64,000 nucleotides of DNA from the human T2T-CHM13v2.0 reference genome, Homo sapiens, in the NCBI RefSeq assembly GCF_009914755.1, contig NC_060937.1; one strand, 5' to 3'. The notes beneath the pieces are model-generated. The model was not told the DNA's origin, ran no database searches, and saw only the letters and a program-made list of their open reading frames with translations. Within the stretch, counting starts at the first letter, position 1, and each line of letters opens with the position of its first letter. Positions 41,501 through 56,421 of this stretch are shown here, in pieces. Made by a program: the position numbers and the translations under genes.

Positions 41501-41912
41501 AGTGCTTAAATCAAATATTTTAAAAGAAAAATGAAAACTAATGCCTTTTAGATAATGTGACTTTACAAATCTTTGGGAAGTAAAGACAGCTTTAAAGATT
41601 ATTAATAAAATGAAGACATTTGGTCTAAATTAGGCAGGTCAGGTATTAGGTTTGCTCAATGCTTTAAGGTCATAAACTGCTTATTTGCTTTTGAAAATTG
41701 TTCCACTTGTCTGCTTTACAGCTAGGTAAGGCCTGGGGGCATGTGGAGTTAGCCACACCCCTACCTATGCTGGAAAGAGTCAAACCTTATCTGCACTTCT
41801 GTCTGGTGTCCTAAGCTCCACTCCTACTACATAATTAAAATAACTTACCAGGTTTTTCACCAAAATTAAAAATTTCTAAGAGTTGCCATTAAAACATGTA
41901 ATTGAGACTACT
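38598..41912 (+). mobile_element. MER57/MER4-group non-autonomous internal sequence
   Basis: Follows LTR and PBS; MER4-group-like non-coding interior with no retroviral ORF. Confidence 0.7.
38600..38617 (+). promoter_or_regulatory. Primer-binding site, tRNA-Leu type
   Basis: TGATGTCAGAAGTGGGAT versus TGGTGTCAGAAGTGGGAT (17/18). Confidence 0.75.
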
Positions 41913-42872
41913 ATATGAGTGATTGAAGTATGGCTGCTGGGAATTGCCAAAACTCAGGTATTGTTACAGGTACATGCTCCTAAGTTAGGTTTTCAATCTT
42001 GTCTGCCTATTAAGTTAGGTTATAGTTCATCCACAAGGACTCAAATATAGAAGTACAGAGTCCTTCTCAGGCCATATTTAGTTTACTTTAAAAATTCCCT
42101 TCTTTTTGGCAGCCTCTCAGTTTAGACAGATTGACCAAAACTTTAGGCATTGATGCCACTCTCTGTCACCATCATAAAGACTTATTTGGTCTCAGGGTAG
42201 AATTTACAAGTCTCCTTTAGTTTCAGTATGGAGCTTCACAAGTCTTCTTTGGTGTCAACGTGGAATTCACAAGTCACAGCTCTATACCAGCTGAATGATT
42301 CTTTATGTTCTTGCTGACCCATTTCTTGATGATTTGTTATGTTCTTGAGGTCATTCCACTCTCAATGGATGACTGCATCTGAAACATTTAAGACTTGAGA
42401 GAATATACCACATGAGGGGGACTGTTGTTATGATTATCAATAAGATCACATCAAAATGCCATTGCATACTCCTTAATAAGAGTTCCTATGAAACAAACCA
42501 AACCAAATTAAATGAATTAAGGTTAAGACAATATAGGCAGTCTAACAGTATTAGGGTCTAAATGGACATAGTCCTCATTTGGAGTGTGATAACAATCAAG
42601 GACCATAGTGCACTGTAAAGTAGCCTGATTTTAAGAAGTACTCATTTTTATTGTTACCCTGGTAACACAAGTCATAATATCTTAGAAACCTTCTAGAATT
42701 AATATAAAGATTAGAAACCCTTGGAAAACCCAAGCTTGCCATTCACCATTTAGGATGCCTGCAAACCAACTGTTGGTTGCTCCTGTAAACACATCATGGG
42801 TTCCTTTCTCTAGGGAGATTTATTTAATGTATTTGGTGGCAGTGTCTAAGGAAACATCAATATCAGCCACCT
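41913..42872 (-). mobile_element. Inverted MER57 3' internal segment, PPT and first ~180 bp of the 3' LTR
   Basis: 41913-42093 reverse complement aligns to 38170-38350 (about 13% mismatch by hand); PPT AAAAAGAAGGGAAT at 42094-42107 on minus strand. Confidence 0.82.
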
Positions 42873-43770
<898 letters not shown>

Positions 43771-43799
43771 TTGTCCCCCAGTTGCTGGAAATTTTATTT

Positions 43800-45150
43800 C
43801 ATCTTTTAAATTGTTTTCTCTCTCCCTGTTTCCATTTTGGAAGTTTCTATTGACACATATTCTACCTCACTGTTTTTGTTTTGTTTTGTTTTGTTTTTCC
43901 TCTGCTGTGTCCATTCTACTGATAGAGCCATCAAAACCATTCTTCATTTCTGTTAAAATGTTTTGATTTTTAGCACTTCATTTTTACTTTTTGTTAGAGT
44001 TTCACACTGTTTACATTACTCGTCTGTTCTTGCATGCTGTTCACTTTTTCCAGAACATTTAGCATATTATATATATTTAAATTTCTTGTATGGTAATTCT
44101 AAAATCTTTATATTTGAGCCTGAATTTGGTACTTGCTTTGTCTCTTTAGACTGTAATTTTTTCTTTTAGCATACCTTCCAATTTTTTGTTCAAAGCGGGA
44201 TATGATTTATCAAGTAAATAGAACTGAGGTAGACAGTCCTTTAGTGTGATATTTTATACTTATCTGGTGAGTAGTTAGGCTGTTTGCAGTAGCTGTGGTA
44301 TTTTAGGCTAACATTTTCTCTAGTGTCTTTGTATTTGTCTTTGAGTTTTCCTGGAGATTCTTTAAGTAGGACCTGAGGTTTGCAGTTATTTTTAGCTGTT
44401 ATACCCTTTTATTATAAAGGGGCAATATTGATGTGACGGTAAGATGTGTGTGTGTGGCAGAGGAGGGTTTTGTGTAGTTCTATAATTAGTCTTAATCTTT
44501 TAATGAGCTTGAGTTGACTGTTTACCTTTTTTCACCTCAAAGCCTGGAGAGCCCTGGCATTTGGGTATTTTCCTTTCCCCAGGTGTTAGGCTTGGGTAAA
44601 ACTCCAGTGGGTTAGGCCTTGGTAGTTTTCCTTGAGGGTAGGCTTTGTTAAGGAAAAAAGAGAACTCTGGGCCTGAGTAACTCTAAGAATAGTTACTCTG
44701 CCCCTTCTCCCTGGTAGAAGCGCCAGGGAATTCCCTCTGTCCCCCATCTTCACAATAAGAGTCAGCTAGAGCTTATGCAGATAAAACCCAAATGTACAGG
44801 GGCTCACCTAAGACTGGGCTCCATCAGAATTGCTAACTCTCAAGCTAGTCTATACTGAGCATCCAGAAATTTGTCGATTACTATTAAAGATGTTCTTACC
44901 AGCATTGGCTGCAGCTTCAGGCTTTTGCTTCTGGGCTTTTAACTTCTGGGCTTCAGCTCCAAGTAAACCATGATTTTCTGTATCTATCTGCCTATACATC
45001 TTACCAGTTATTCTGGCAGGAGTTTGCCCTGTGATCTAAATTCTCTGATGCATTTAGGAAGAGTTGGTAATTTTTATTTTTTAAATATTTTTTCCTGTTG
45101 TGAGGAAGACAGGAGTGATGACTTCCAAGGTCTTTACATAACGGACTGGA
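43800..45150 (-). mobile_element. L1MD/MC 5' region (ORF1 and 5'UTR)
   Basis: TCTGCTGTGTCCATTCTACTGAT..GCCATCAAA..CATTCTTCATTTCTGTTA; GATGACTTCCAAG..CTTTACAT resembles recalled L1MDa/MCa 5' end. Confidence 0.6.
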
Positions 45151-47044
45151 TGAAGCAAATTATATTTCAAAAATTGGCAATTGCTATGAATAAGAATGAA
45201 TAGATTTTCAAAACTAATATTCTTGCTAAATTCGGCTTATAGATCTATAGGTTTTCTCTTTTAAAGCAATTAATTAGAATTATGTCATTATTTTATCAAC
45301 AATCCCGCTTTGACGTTAATTTATTTTCACTAAACTTTTTAAATAAAATGATCTCCTCACCCCCACCTCAAAAAAAGCACAGAAGGAGATTTGGTATTTG
45401 AGACCTAAGAGTAACAAACCTAATTCCTTGCCACATATTCTTGCAAAAGTTATTGGGTTCAGGTTGCTCATTTTTTAAGAGAAATAAATCATTATTTGGG
45501 GTTTTATGAGGCTGGCAAGATTTCACTATAGTAGAAAAGGTATCCATTTTTTCCCTAATTAAATCTTTCTCCTAGAACTCTATTATAACATTTAAATTTA
45601 AAGGGTTGGCAAATATTTAGCAGAATTTGACATGTATGATGAAGACCATAAAAATTGGTTCCCAGGAATGAAATGGGAACATGGAAACGGTGTGGGGGCT
45701 TCCTGAGGAAGCAGGATAAAGACTGTTTTCACTTCACTGTGTATGCACAAAAAACTTAGAGGAAGAATGGCTAAACTGATTATCTTTTGGGGGTACTGAC
45801 ATCTGAGTACATTGATCATAATGCTTGTCAGAGGTTGACTCTAGAGATGGCAGTTCAAGTGTTTCAGAAAAAGAAATTATTCATACAGAGTATATAAAAA
45901 TATTATCATGTGAGGTTTAGACTTTGGTAAAAGATGTTGATTAAATGAATAATATATTAATACATATGTGTATATATACATGCATGCATTGATAAATATA
46001 TGTATTTTTAAAATAATTTTCTATTTCAACTAATTTGTATTCATTTTTGTCACACAAATTTCAAAATTAAAATAGAGAAATGGTAAAATACAAGGTAAAA
46101 ATGAACTTCAGTCATCAAGGCCGTATTAGTAGGTCTCTGAAAGTATTTTAGTGATACAGTTCTTAACAGATTCTGCTGTTAGAGTGAAGAGTGACTGTTC
46201 TGCCTATGATTGTTCAGCTTGAGTCTAATTTTGCTTTGTTTCAGAGCCCTTTTTACATCTCAGCCTGACAGAAAATTTCTAATTTTTCCGCATATAAATA
46301 TTTTGGAAAATATGTTACTTTCCTCACTCTTCATGTGTCAGTCACCTTACAATATTCAATAGAATACTTTATAAACCCACATTAAAATACTTGTATCTGA
46401 AGTATGTTACCACTATTTGAAGCTGCATGAAGGAACTGGGTAGTTTTTTGACCTAGAGGACTAACAAGATGTTCAAGAAACCTCTTGAAGTCAAATCTTA
46501 CCAATTAGTAGAGACAAAGCAAACTGAGCATCCAAACTCAGAAATGGAGAAATACATTAAATGACAACAACTGGATGTGATTATTTTAGTTTTTTATTTT
46601 ACAGCTATGGAAGTTAAATTGAATTATCAATATCTGGAAATCTTAGATAAATAAAACTGTAATATTCATTACAAAATTGTGGCAGAATTCTCACATTGGT
46701 TCAGAACCCCAGATTCATGAGAGGGGAGGTTACCATCTGTGGGTCATGCAGCTTCCAACGCAGTTTGTTTTTGGTGAAACCTAACAACATGCTACCAATT
46801 CAGCAAATTCGGCAAAGGATCCTAGATTATTACTTCAAAGCTCCATTCTACTTAGCATAATCCCTCAAAAAGAAGAAAATTAAGTTTATTTTCTCACATC
46901 AATTTTAAATATACAACAGAGAAATGATAGGATTCAAGTTTAATACTGATGGGGGTTTGGCTCTGTTTTTAAAAAAATGGGAACATTCTAACTGCATCAG
47001 AGACATAGGATGGCTACATTACTCTCCCTTATTTTCACAATGAT

Positions 47045-47480
47045 TTATCCATTTAGCAAGTATATACTGAGTATTCTGTGCCAAGCACTCTTTAGGCAAA
47101 GCTATCTGAAATATACATAATATATATTATAACATATAAAATATATATTATTCATAGTCTAATGTTTGGGGCAGAAATAAATAGCTAAACAAATAAATGC
47201 ATATATAATATCAGGTAGCTCTAAGTAACAAGAAGACAAATACATTTGTGTATTGGATGAAAAAGGAATAAAAGTTACTATATTAGTTTTAGTGGTCATG
47301 ATATGTTTCTTTGAACAGTTCATATCGTACAGAAATCTGAATAAAGTTATAGAGAGTCTCATACAAAATATCTTCTTGAAGAAGGTTCCAGTTAGAATAA
47401 ACAGGCACTGTGAATGTGTTCAAATTCTTGCTTGGCATTTTGGAGAAATATAAAGAAGGTCCATGTAGTTGGACACAGTT
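47045..47480 (-). mobile_element. L2 fragment
   Basis: CCATTTAGCAAGTATATACTGAGTATTCTGTGCCAAGCACT L2 3' end motif, degraded. Confidence 0.5.
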
Positions 47481-47539
47481 CTGAATATTTTACTTAAAAG
47501 TTGCCAGGTGCTTTGAAACAAGTTATGATATGGCTTTCA

Positions 47540-47705
47540 CTGGTGGTTCCCAAACTTGAATGCAAATTGTATTCACCTGGAGATCTTTAGAACACTATTG
47601 TCTGGATTCTACCCCTGAACATTGTCATTTAATTAGTAGAGTGTGCTACCTCGGCACCTGCTTCCCAAGTGATTCTAATGAGCAGCAAAGTCTGGGAATT
47701 TAACT
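47540..47705. mobile_element. MER5A-like hAT MITE
   Basis: GTGGTTCCCAAACTTG...ATTCACCTGGAGA...CCCAAGTGATTCTAATG..CAGCAAAGTCTGGGAA internal palindromic structure. Confidence 0.7.
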
Positions 47706-50700
47706 GTGCTCTAAATTACATTTGAATCCCTGGGCAGCATAAATATCAAATTATTTAACAAAACAGAACATCGTCTTCACAATCTTGTCTGTTTCTATCC
47801 AATCTTATTTTCCACTAGATCTTTTGCTGTATTTTTCAGCAGGTTTCCCAAGTCCTTTTTTTTTTTTCTTTTAATTCAGTGCTTCTGCTCATGCTGGGCC
47901 ATATGCCTTGAATTTCTTTTCTGTTTATGTATTCTCTCTATCTTTGAATAGCTCCCAATTTAAGGCTAAATTACAATTTTTTTTGAGAAGTCTTCTACCT
48001 CTACTAAGCTAACATGCCCATTATCCAAGTTTTGAATATACGATTCCTGTTTATTCTTGTTGCTGCAGCATAATTATTAATAATGACTCTCATTTTACCC
48101 ATAAAAGAGTCCTAGTTTACACCAAAATTTATATGATGACCCTCTAGTCTGTACTCCCACAGTTCACATGATGTTTTTCATTTGTTGTAATATATCATAA
48201 TTTTTAAGTAAGTTGGGTACATTGTTGTGAACTCTGTAAGAGGCAGACCACACAACATTCTCTTTTGTAACCCCCACAACAAGCACATTGCCCATAACAC
48301 GGTAAATATTCACATAGAAGGTTGAACGGCTTTAATGGAAGTACAGAAGTTAATGCATGTGACAAATGATGCAATATTTGCATGAAATAGCACAAGTGTT
48401 GGTATTTTTAATTTTAAAATTATTTTAATTCTTCCTCTTAAGGCCAGTTTTTCATCAGCTGTATAGAATATTATGAATTACATTTACACAAATTCAGTCA
48501 AGGTCACTTCTGTTACACAGCGACAATGATTTTACCAATATAGTCTGAAACAAATAGAGGTCAGTGTACATTTTCTCATAGCCTTGCTCTCAGCTTTCTT
48601 CCATGAACTGCAGAAGGTTTCAATTTACTGAAGCACCGAGGTAGGTAAGATCCAATCAAAAGCAAAATCAATAAATGCTAACCTCGAAGGGCTAAATAGT
48701 AGTGACATCAGTCACAAAGAAAAGTTGTTTGCAGGCTTGAAATACTATTGTTCTGTAAAGGTAAGAGAATAAAACTGCAATTATGGACACTTGTAAGTTT
48801 TGTTTATCCTAAAATATTTAACCTGCAGACAAAGAGATAACAATGTCATGTATTGTATAGGTAGAATAGTGCTAAACAATGAGAGATAATTTGATCTTCT
48901 CATCATAACTGAAAATATTTTCTCATCGCAACATATTTCTATAATATATTCAAAAAGAATCACAAAAATGTTTTTAAATGTTTGTGATAACATTTATATA
49001 AATGATTATTTCTCATAATATTAATGCTTTTAAGGCCTATGTGTGAAGATTTTATGAATTTTACATTTTGAACAAAATGTAAAAAACATAAAGAGTGAAA
49101 CTATGGCTCAAAAATTTATAAAAAGGTCATTAAAAGCATATGTCCCAATTCTGCCCCTTAATGCTGCATGAACTTGATCAAGTGATCTTCACTAACTCTA
49201 TTCTCATATTTGTAACACAGTACCACTTGTCTAGAGCATAGTAGGTGTTCATTAAGTAAATATTTAATAAATTATGGTGTGCAATAGTAAATAAGGAATT
49301 GAAGCTATATAGTTATGATTGCTTGTTTGGAGAGGAATCCTTGATTTTCCATCAATGATTTTGTAGTAATAAAGAAGTCAAATTTTTTGACTGCCAGTTA
49401 TAACTTGTGACACAGTTTATTTTAAAATTTTAACTGAATTTTAATATTGTCATTCATTGTCCCTTCAATGATTCATGAATCATTTGATTGAACATTAGGC
49501 AATCGCTTAATTTGACCATTTTAGACCCACAAAACTATTAGTTTCATATTTGACCTAACAGTTGCAATCCTCACACACTTCAAATTTTTACAAAGATTAT
49601 CATTTTGTATTTTTTCAATCTCTGTAAAGAAAATCAAGGTAAGAATTGCACATGAACCCTTTGGTCAATATGATTACATGGAAAGCTAGAATCCTGGACT
49701 CATGAAAATGTCTTTAAATGTTCTTCGTACTGTTTCTACCACACGGTTTGTTGTTCTATATTCAGTACAGGAATCATTATTCTCTCATTTACATTTAGTT
49801 TATTTTTTCAGTACTTCTACCTTGTCATTCAGTTACCCAGTCTTTAAAATAATTCCATAGTACAGCATAGATGTAACACTAGGAGGAAGGTTGAGTTCAG
49901 CAAATTACGGTCAAGCATACTGATATTGGGCAGTCTGTGTCTTTTCCAGAAAAGATTATGATTCACCCAGGAAAGAGATGGATGTTAAGACAAGGAACTG
50001 AAATGAGGAAGATAAGTATCACATACCTCTGTGTAGGGGTAGACAGGTATAAGGACATCCTAGATAACAAAAGACTCTGCCACACTGAGCAGGTTAGGGC
50101 CCATGTGGATGTTGTACTCTCTCACGTTTACACTCTTGTTATCACCTCAGGCCTAATAAAATTCTGATTTAACGTCTTGCCTGAGCTCATCTCTTCTAGG
50201 TGGAACGGATAATGGGGTCAAGCAGTTAAGTGTATTAAAGGGAAAGCAGGGCTCCTTGAAAACTATGTATTACCATAATAACTGATTGGAAATCCCCAGG
50301 GTAAGATAAACAGACAGGAAACCAGAATGTGACCTAATGAGGTTTAGCGGCACTTTTTCAACAGAATATTGTCCCTTCTGTAACAATTAAAGTTATTTAA
50401 CATTGATTTTATGAAAGTTTTTGTAAAAAGTGAGCTTTCTTTTCAAATTCTGAAGAAATAATTTGTGGGAAAAACAAATTTACTTTTTCTATCACAGAAG
50501 AGGCAAAACAATTATTTTTATTATTGCCTCTACAATGATATTCCATTAAATTAATCAGGTTTTTAAATCTGTAAAATAATACAGTTGTATAGCCAATACA
50601 TTTGGGCTTTTGCAATTGATTTATAGGTAAGATGAATACAAATCTTACTGCAAGGCACATAGTGAAAACCCGATAATTGATGCCAGAAAGTGCCCCTGTT

Positions 50701-51381
50701 TTGGGGAGGGTGACACGTGGTAGATCTCTGTAGCTGCAGCTAGCACTATAGGGATGATATTTTGTTGTTTGTTTGTCTGTTTGCTTTTGGGTTGGTTTGT
50801 TGGTTGGTTTTGCTTATCTGAAACCAAGAATTTGTTAAAACTAGAAGGGCAAACTGATCCAGGAATAGAGGAATACATCAAAGCCCAATATATCAGTTTG
50901 GAAGTTCAGGGTTTTTTTAAATGATAAAGTTAGAAGCAAATATAAACACAAAACTATGCAGTGGCAATCCAAGGAAGAAACAAGAGCAGAAGAAAGCCAC
51001 AGGGCAGGAACTTCATCTGTCTTAAATTGGCTCTAGTTCCTCCTGGCGGACCCCTGTACTTTTTTGAAATGAAAGAAAAAAAAATATAAATTACTTTTCT
51101 TTAAAAAAGGTAACTGACTGAATTAAACAATAAACAAATACGTTAAAAGTAAATGAGAATGATTTCTGCAGCTCATTTTAGGCTGTAAATTATTTAGCAT
51201 ATGATTCTTTATTTTCAATTGCATAATTAGCCTTGAAATTTTTGAGTATGTTTATATTTTCTTTTTAAAACTAGTGCCCAGGATAACAACCATATCCTTT
51301 GCTTGACATCACATTTTTGTTAATTAACCCTACTCACGCTCATACTGTTTTTCTTCTGGAAATCTATGCTTACAAGACAGG

Positions 51382-51521
51382 TGTATTAGTCAGGGTTTTC
51401 TGGAGGGAAAGAACTAAAAGGAGATATATATACATATAAAAAATATATAATATATAATATATTATATATAATATATTATATATGTATATTCCCCTAAATA
51501 TATATAGAGAGAGGAGTTTAT

Positions 51522-51579
<58 letters not shown>

Positions 51580-51957
51580 TTTATTAAGTATTAACTCACA
51601 GGATCACAAGGTCCCACAATAGGCTGTCTGCAAGCTGAGGAGGAAGGAGAGCCAGTCCGAGTCCTAAAATTGAAGAACTTGGAGTCTGATGTTCGAGGGC
51701 AGGAAGCATCCAGCACAGGAGAAAGAGGTAGGCTGGGAGGCTTTGTCAGTCTTTTCTCTTCACGGTTTTCTGCCTGCTTTATATTCTCTGGCAGCTGATT
51801 AGATGGTGCCCACCAGATTAAGGGTGGGTCTGCCTTCCCCAGCCCACTGACTCAAATGTTAATCTCTTTTGGCAATACCCTCACAGACACAGCACCCAGA
51901 ATCAATACTTTGTATCCTTCAATCCAATCAAGTTGACACTCAGTATTAACCATCACA
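51382..51957 (-). mobile_element. MLT2A (HERV-L) solo LTR with expanded (TA)n
   Basis: Minus strand starts TGTGATGGTTAATACTGAGTGTCAACTTGATTGGATTG; ends CTAATACA; 5-bp TSD ACAGG/TCAGG. Confidence 0.9.
51524..51576. repeat. (TA)n microsatellite
   Basis: About 26 uninterrupted TA units. Confidence 0.97.
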
Positions 51958-53239
51958 TCAGGTGAGGTTTTACAGAAGCTTTTCTTAATGGAACGCTAAA
52001 CTGGCACAAAGCAGGCTGCTTTGCTTTTATATAATTTAAAATTTACTACTCACTGTAGCCTTTAGGACTCCTTTGTGGTAGTGATCTCTGTGGAAATCAC
52101 ACCTCATTGTGCAAATCCACAAGGTCATAGGAGAAAATAATTCTCAAGCTCTTTTCGAATGCAATTAACTTCTTTTCTGGTTCAAACTCCTTGAGTTATA
52201 GCAATACATCTACCCATGAAAGCCAAAAATGTATTCCCATTTGTTTGAGTGACCCAAGTACATAACAGCTGTATAGATCACTGGTTATTATGGGTTGTGT
52301 GTCATGTAAAGAAGACCTTCAGCTTTACTGTAATAAGTCTTGGTTCACTTGGTTTTCAAGTGTCCTGTCAATTTTGGTTAAATATTGATAACTTTGCACA
52401 GCAGAATGCAGAATGTTCATTTTGTGGGTAGATAGCAGACAACTAACAGGTAGAGTGAAGCTTTTTATATTCTGTGAAAGTGCAGAAGTCATATATCATA
52501 TTGACATAACAAAATCCCATTATACAGAACCTCGTACAAAGAGTACAAATAATGACAGTATCCTACATGTAAAGTCATAAGGTTAAATAAGACATTTTGA
52601 CCTTTAATAAAAACATGAAGAAAATTGTCCTAAAATAAATTTATTAACATACCTCTAACAGCTGAAAGATATTCAGCATACTTCAGGAAACATGATTTAC
52701 TTTTCTCAGGGAAATTCTTGAAAATCAGAAAGACTACATGCATTATTAACTATTACTACCTAATAGAACCCTCAGATAGAGTTTTTAAAATTTTTCAATT
52801 AAAAAATATCAGTGATACAAATGTATATTCATAAGGTATTTGTATATCTTCAAGCTGCAACTATTTTATACTTTAGTAAATTATTGTGTACCTTAACTCT
52901 ATAAAAATATACATTATTTTCTTTAAGATTTAACATCTTAGATCTTTAAGTAGACAGTTGATTAGCATGATTAAAAGTTAAATCAGGCAATTTTTGAAAT
53001 AAAAATACATTTTCTATAACAAAAATATTGCTTGAAACATAGTGAAGATGTTTAATGTAAAAGTAATTTTGTTGTCTCTCATTTCATTTTTGTTTCAAAA
53101 ATATGGAGCAAAAGTATTTTTATAACATATCCTGTGCTAAGTACACAACTACTAGCTCACAATAGCAGTGAACAGGTCAGACCTTAGCTTCATACAAATA
53201 TTTCAAGTTACAGGACAACACATAAAACACATAATTATT

Positions 53240-53555
53240 GGCTGGGCACGGTGGCTCATGCCTGTAATCCCAGCACTGTTGGAGTCCAACGAGGGCAGAA
53301 CACAAGGTCAGGAGTTCGAGACCAGCCTGGCCAACATGGTGAAACCCCATTTCTACTAAAAATACAAAAAAAAAAAAAAATTAGCCGGGCGTGGTGCTGG
53401 ATGCCTATAATCCCAGCTACTCAGGAGGCTAAAGCAGGAGAATCGTTTGAACCAGGGAGGCGGAGGTTGCAGTGGGCCGAGATCATGCCATTGCCATTGC
53501 ACTCCAGCCTGGGTGACAGGACGAGACTCCGTCTCAAAACAAACAAACAAAAAAC
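53240..53555 (+). mobile_element. AluSg-like
   Basis: Full sense dimer; degenerate TSD AAAACACATAATTA / AAAACCCTTAATTA. Confidence 0.93.
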
Positions 53556-53619
53556 CCTTAATTAGGTAATGGAGATTTTAATAAGCAGTGCATCGGTTCT
53601 CTTTTACATACAACGTTAT

Positions 53620-53990
53620 ATCCTCTAGGCCCTGTCCCATTGCAGCCACTGAGTAGTATCTAGTCCCTCACAAGCTCTGAACAGCAGCTGTGTCTTCACA
53701 ACCTGATTATCTTGCCGGCACAACTTTCTTGTCTTCTTGTCAGTTCAGCTATGCAAACATGCTTGTCCCTCATATATACAGAGCTAAGAAGTGAAGGGGA
53801 TTTAAGGCACAGTGAGCAACAGTGGGTGACTCTTGCCCGATGGGAAACAGAAGCTGATGTATAAATATTTTTATTTTCTCCATTCCCCAGCCTGCTCCAT
53901 GCCAGTTCTCTGGGATAACATTTGCAAATAGACTATTCATACATAAATTTTTATCATAGCCACTGTTCAGGAGAAAAACCCAGGCTAAGA
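53620..53990 (+). mobile_element. Old ERVL LTR (LTR33/LTR16-like)
   Basis: Ends ...CTGTTCAGGAGAAAAACCCAGGCTAAGATA similar to LTR16/33 3' terminus; heavily diverged. Confidence 0.4.
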
Positions 53991-54884
53991 TAATGAGTAC
54001 CATAAATACATTTAAATAGTAAACACTTGGGATGGGACTATGGAGCTGTATTATTCAACAGTCAAAAAGCAATAATAATCCTTTGCAGAAGCAATAACTC
54101 TGGCATGCAGCAATATGGCATAATTATGCACACTGTCACTTGTGCCTCATTGGGAAGGGTGCAGGTGAAAGCTGAAGTGTTGGCTTTTGCAAAGGTTGTG
54201 GTACTTCATCAATATGAGGGAAAGACTAATTATAAATATGGGGAAAAGTGGTATGGCTTTTTAAAACTAATTTGAAAGCCTTTACAAAATAACCATGTGG
54301 TGCCCTGATATTATGAAATGCATCATCATTCAGAAACAGTCAGCCTGATGTAATAGTGAAATTACTTGTTGAAGACTCAGCTAAAAGCCAGATGTAGAAC
54401 AATTCTTTGGAGAGCTGTTTTTCAGGATGGAAAATATTTATTGAATCAATAGCCAGTGTTTGAAAGTATGACTGCAGCATGGTGCTGAAGAAGCAAAAAC
54501 ATGAGAGGAGGGTATGAGTTAGTCAGGAGAGAGATGATTCAGGGTCCTATGATAAGGGAGATATACACATATATAAAATGTATACACGGATAAAAATAGA
54601 CAAAGATATATAAATATACATGTCTATATATTTATCTGTATATAATTTAGAAAAAATTAATGCTTATGCTTCAGAGATATATGCTCAGAGATTGGAGGAA
54701 ATTAGATTAAAAAAAAAACTTGGAGAGTAAGGAAGTTATAAAACCAGTGATCCAGACTATTTCTAAAATTGATTTTCTAAGAGAAGGAATAAATTGACTT
54801 TATGAAAGTTAATTGATGGTCTCAATGAGAGTAGTTTTGATGCTATGGAAAGAAGCCTGAACAAATAGAATAATATAAACATTT

Positions 54885-56420
54885 TTTCATTCAATAAATA
54901 TTTATTGACCAACTGCCATGTGCCAGGCACTGTTCTAAGTACCTGGGAAACATCAGTGAAGAAAACTAATGAAGAGCCTTTATCACCTCATGAAAACAAA
55001 TGAGAAAAAAAAATAACATATTAAATTAGTCACTGAGTATATTAGAAGGTGACAAAAACAAAAGAAAAAGTAAAATTAAAAGTGGAGCTGGGAAAGTAGG
55101 ACCAGGAGTGTAAGGGGAAGAGTTGGCAGACTGCTATTTTAAAGAGGTTAGTTAGTAAGACAGGAATCATTAAGGAGGCATTTGAGGAGAAAATCAAAGA
55201 AGGAGGCTCATTGATGGAGGACAGAAAGTCAGTCACATGTGTGTAATTGGAGAAAAAAAGTTCCAGCCAGAGAAAAGAGCCAGTGCAAAAGATTCACAGT
55301 GAAAGACCGTGTGGCTGATTGAAACCTATAACAGAAGACTAGAAATAGATAAAGACAATCAATAAATAGGAATGCCGAATCATTTAGAACCTTGCAGGCC
55401 ATTGTCAGCAATTTGGCTTTTACCTTGAGAAAGATGGATTTAGTGGAATAGCATCATTTGATTTGTGTTTTAAAAATGATTGCTCTAGCTGTTCTGTAGT
55501 GAAATGATGCTGGAGGTATAAGGGTAGAAGCTAGAAAACTAGTATACGTTTCACAGTCTAGCCCACTGCCTATTTTTGTAAGGCATTCAATGAAAACATT
55601 TTTTTTCAGGTAAAATTGACAATCAGCTTGATGATAAGAAATACAGGAATAGATTCCAGTTCTGTCGTTATTAGGCATATGTTATTTAAAGAATTGTGTT
55701 CAATTAGTATTATTACATTTGAATTTTGTCAATAAAAATGTTTTCTCTCTTGTTCTATACGTACCTACATCATATCCTGGTTTTTGCCTCTTGTCCCTCA
55801 ATGTGAAAAATTTTTACTAACTATACTAATACAATGTTAGAAAATGTATTATTAAATATATTAGTAAATTAGTAAATGTATTAGTAAAATATTTAATAAA
55901 AATGTGTAAAATATCTGACCCTTTAGAGAAAACATTTCCAATCCCCTGAGTTAGAAAACTACTTAATCCAGACAAAAGAAATTGTGTTTCACATCTGAGT
56001 CTTTACAATAGAACTGACAAAAAAATGGCAGAGTTCTAGATGTATTTTGGTAAAGAAAATAGAATTAGCTGATGGATTAGATACAGAATATGAGACAAAG
56101 AAAGAGGACCAAAATGCAATCAACATTTTTGACCTGAGCAATTGGAGAGAGTAGTTGTCATCTCTAAAATACGGAAAGCAGTAGTGGGGCAGGTTTGAAA
56201 GCTAAAATCAGTAATTCATTTTTGAGATGTTGAGATTAAGTTGCATGTTAAATATGCAAGTAAAAATTACACATATGCAAGTCTGGTGTTGACAAGAGTG
56301 GTAGAGGAAGGTGAGGAAGTGGAAGCACTGAATGTCGATGCCTCTTTGAAGAGGAGACTTGATATATAGTATCAAGTAGTAGATATATATGAATCAAGCA
56401 GTAGATATATATGAATGAAA
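54885..56420 (-). mobile_element. L2a 3' region interrupted by a MER58-type element
   Basis: TTCATTCAATAAATATTTATTGA...ATGTGCCAGGCACTGTTCTAAG canonical L2a 3' end; TTTTTGACCTGAGCAATTGG further in. Confidence 0.8.
55550..55948. mobile_element. MER58-type hAT-Charlie element
   Basis: TCTAGCCCACTGCCTATTTTTGTAA ... ATCTGACCCTTTAGAGAAAACATTTCCAATCCCCTG. Confidence 0.65.
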
Positions 56421-56421
56421 G

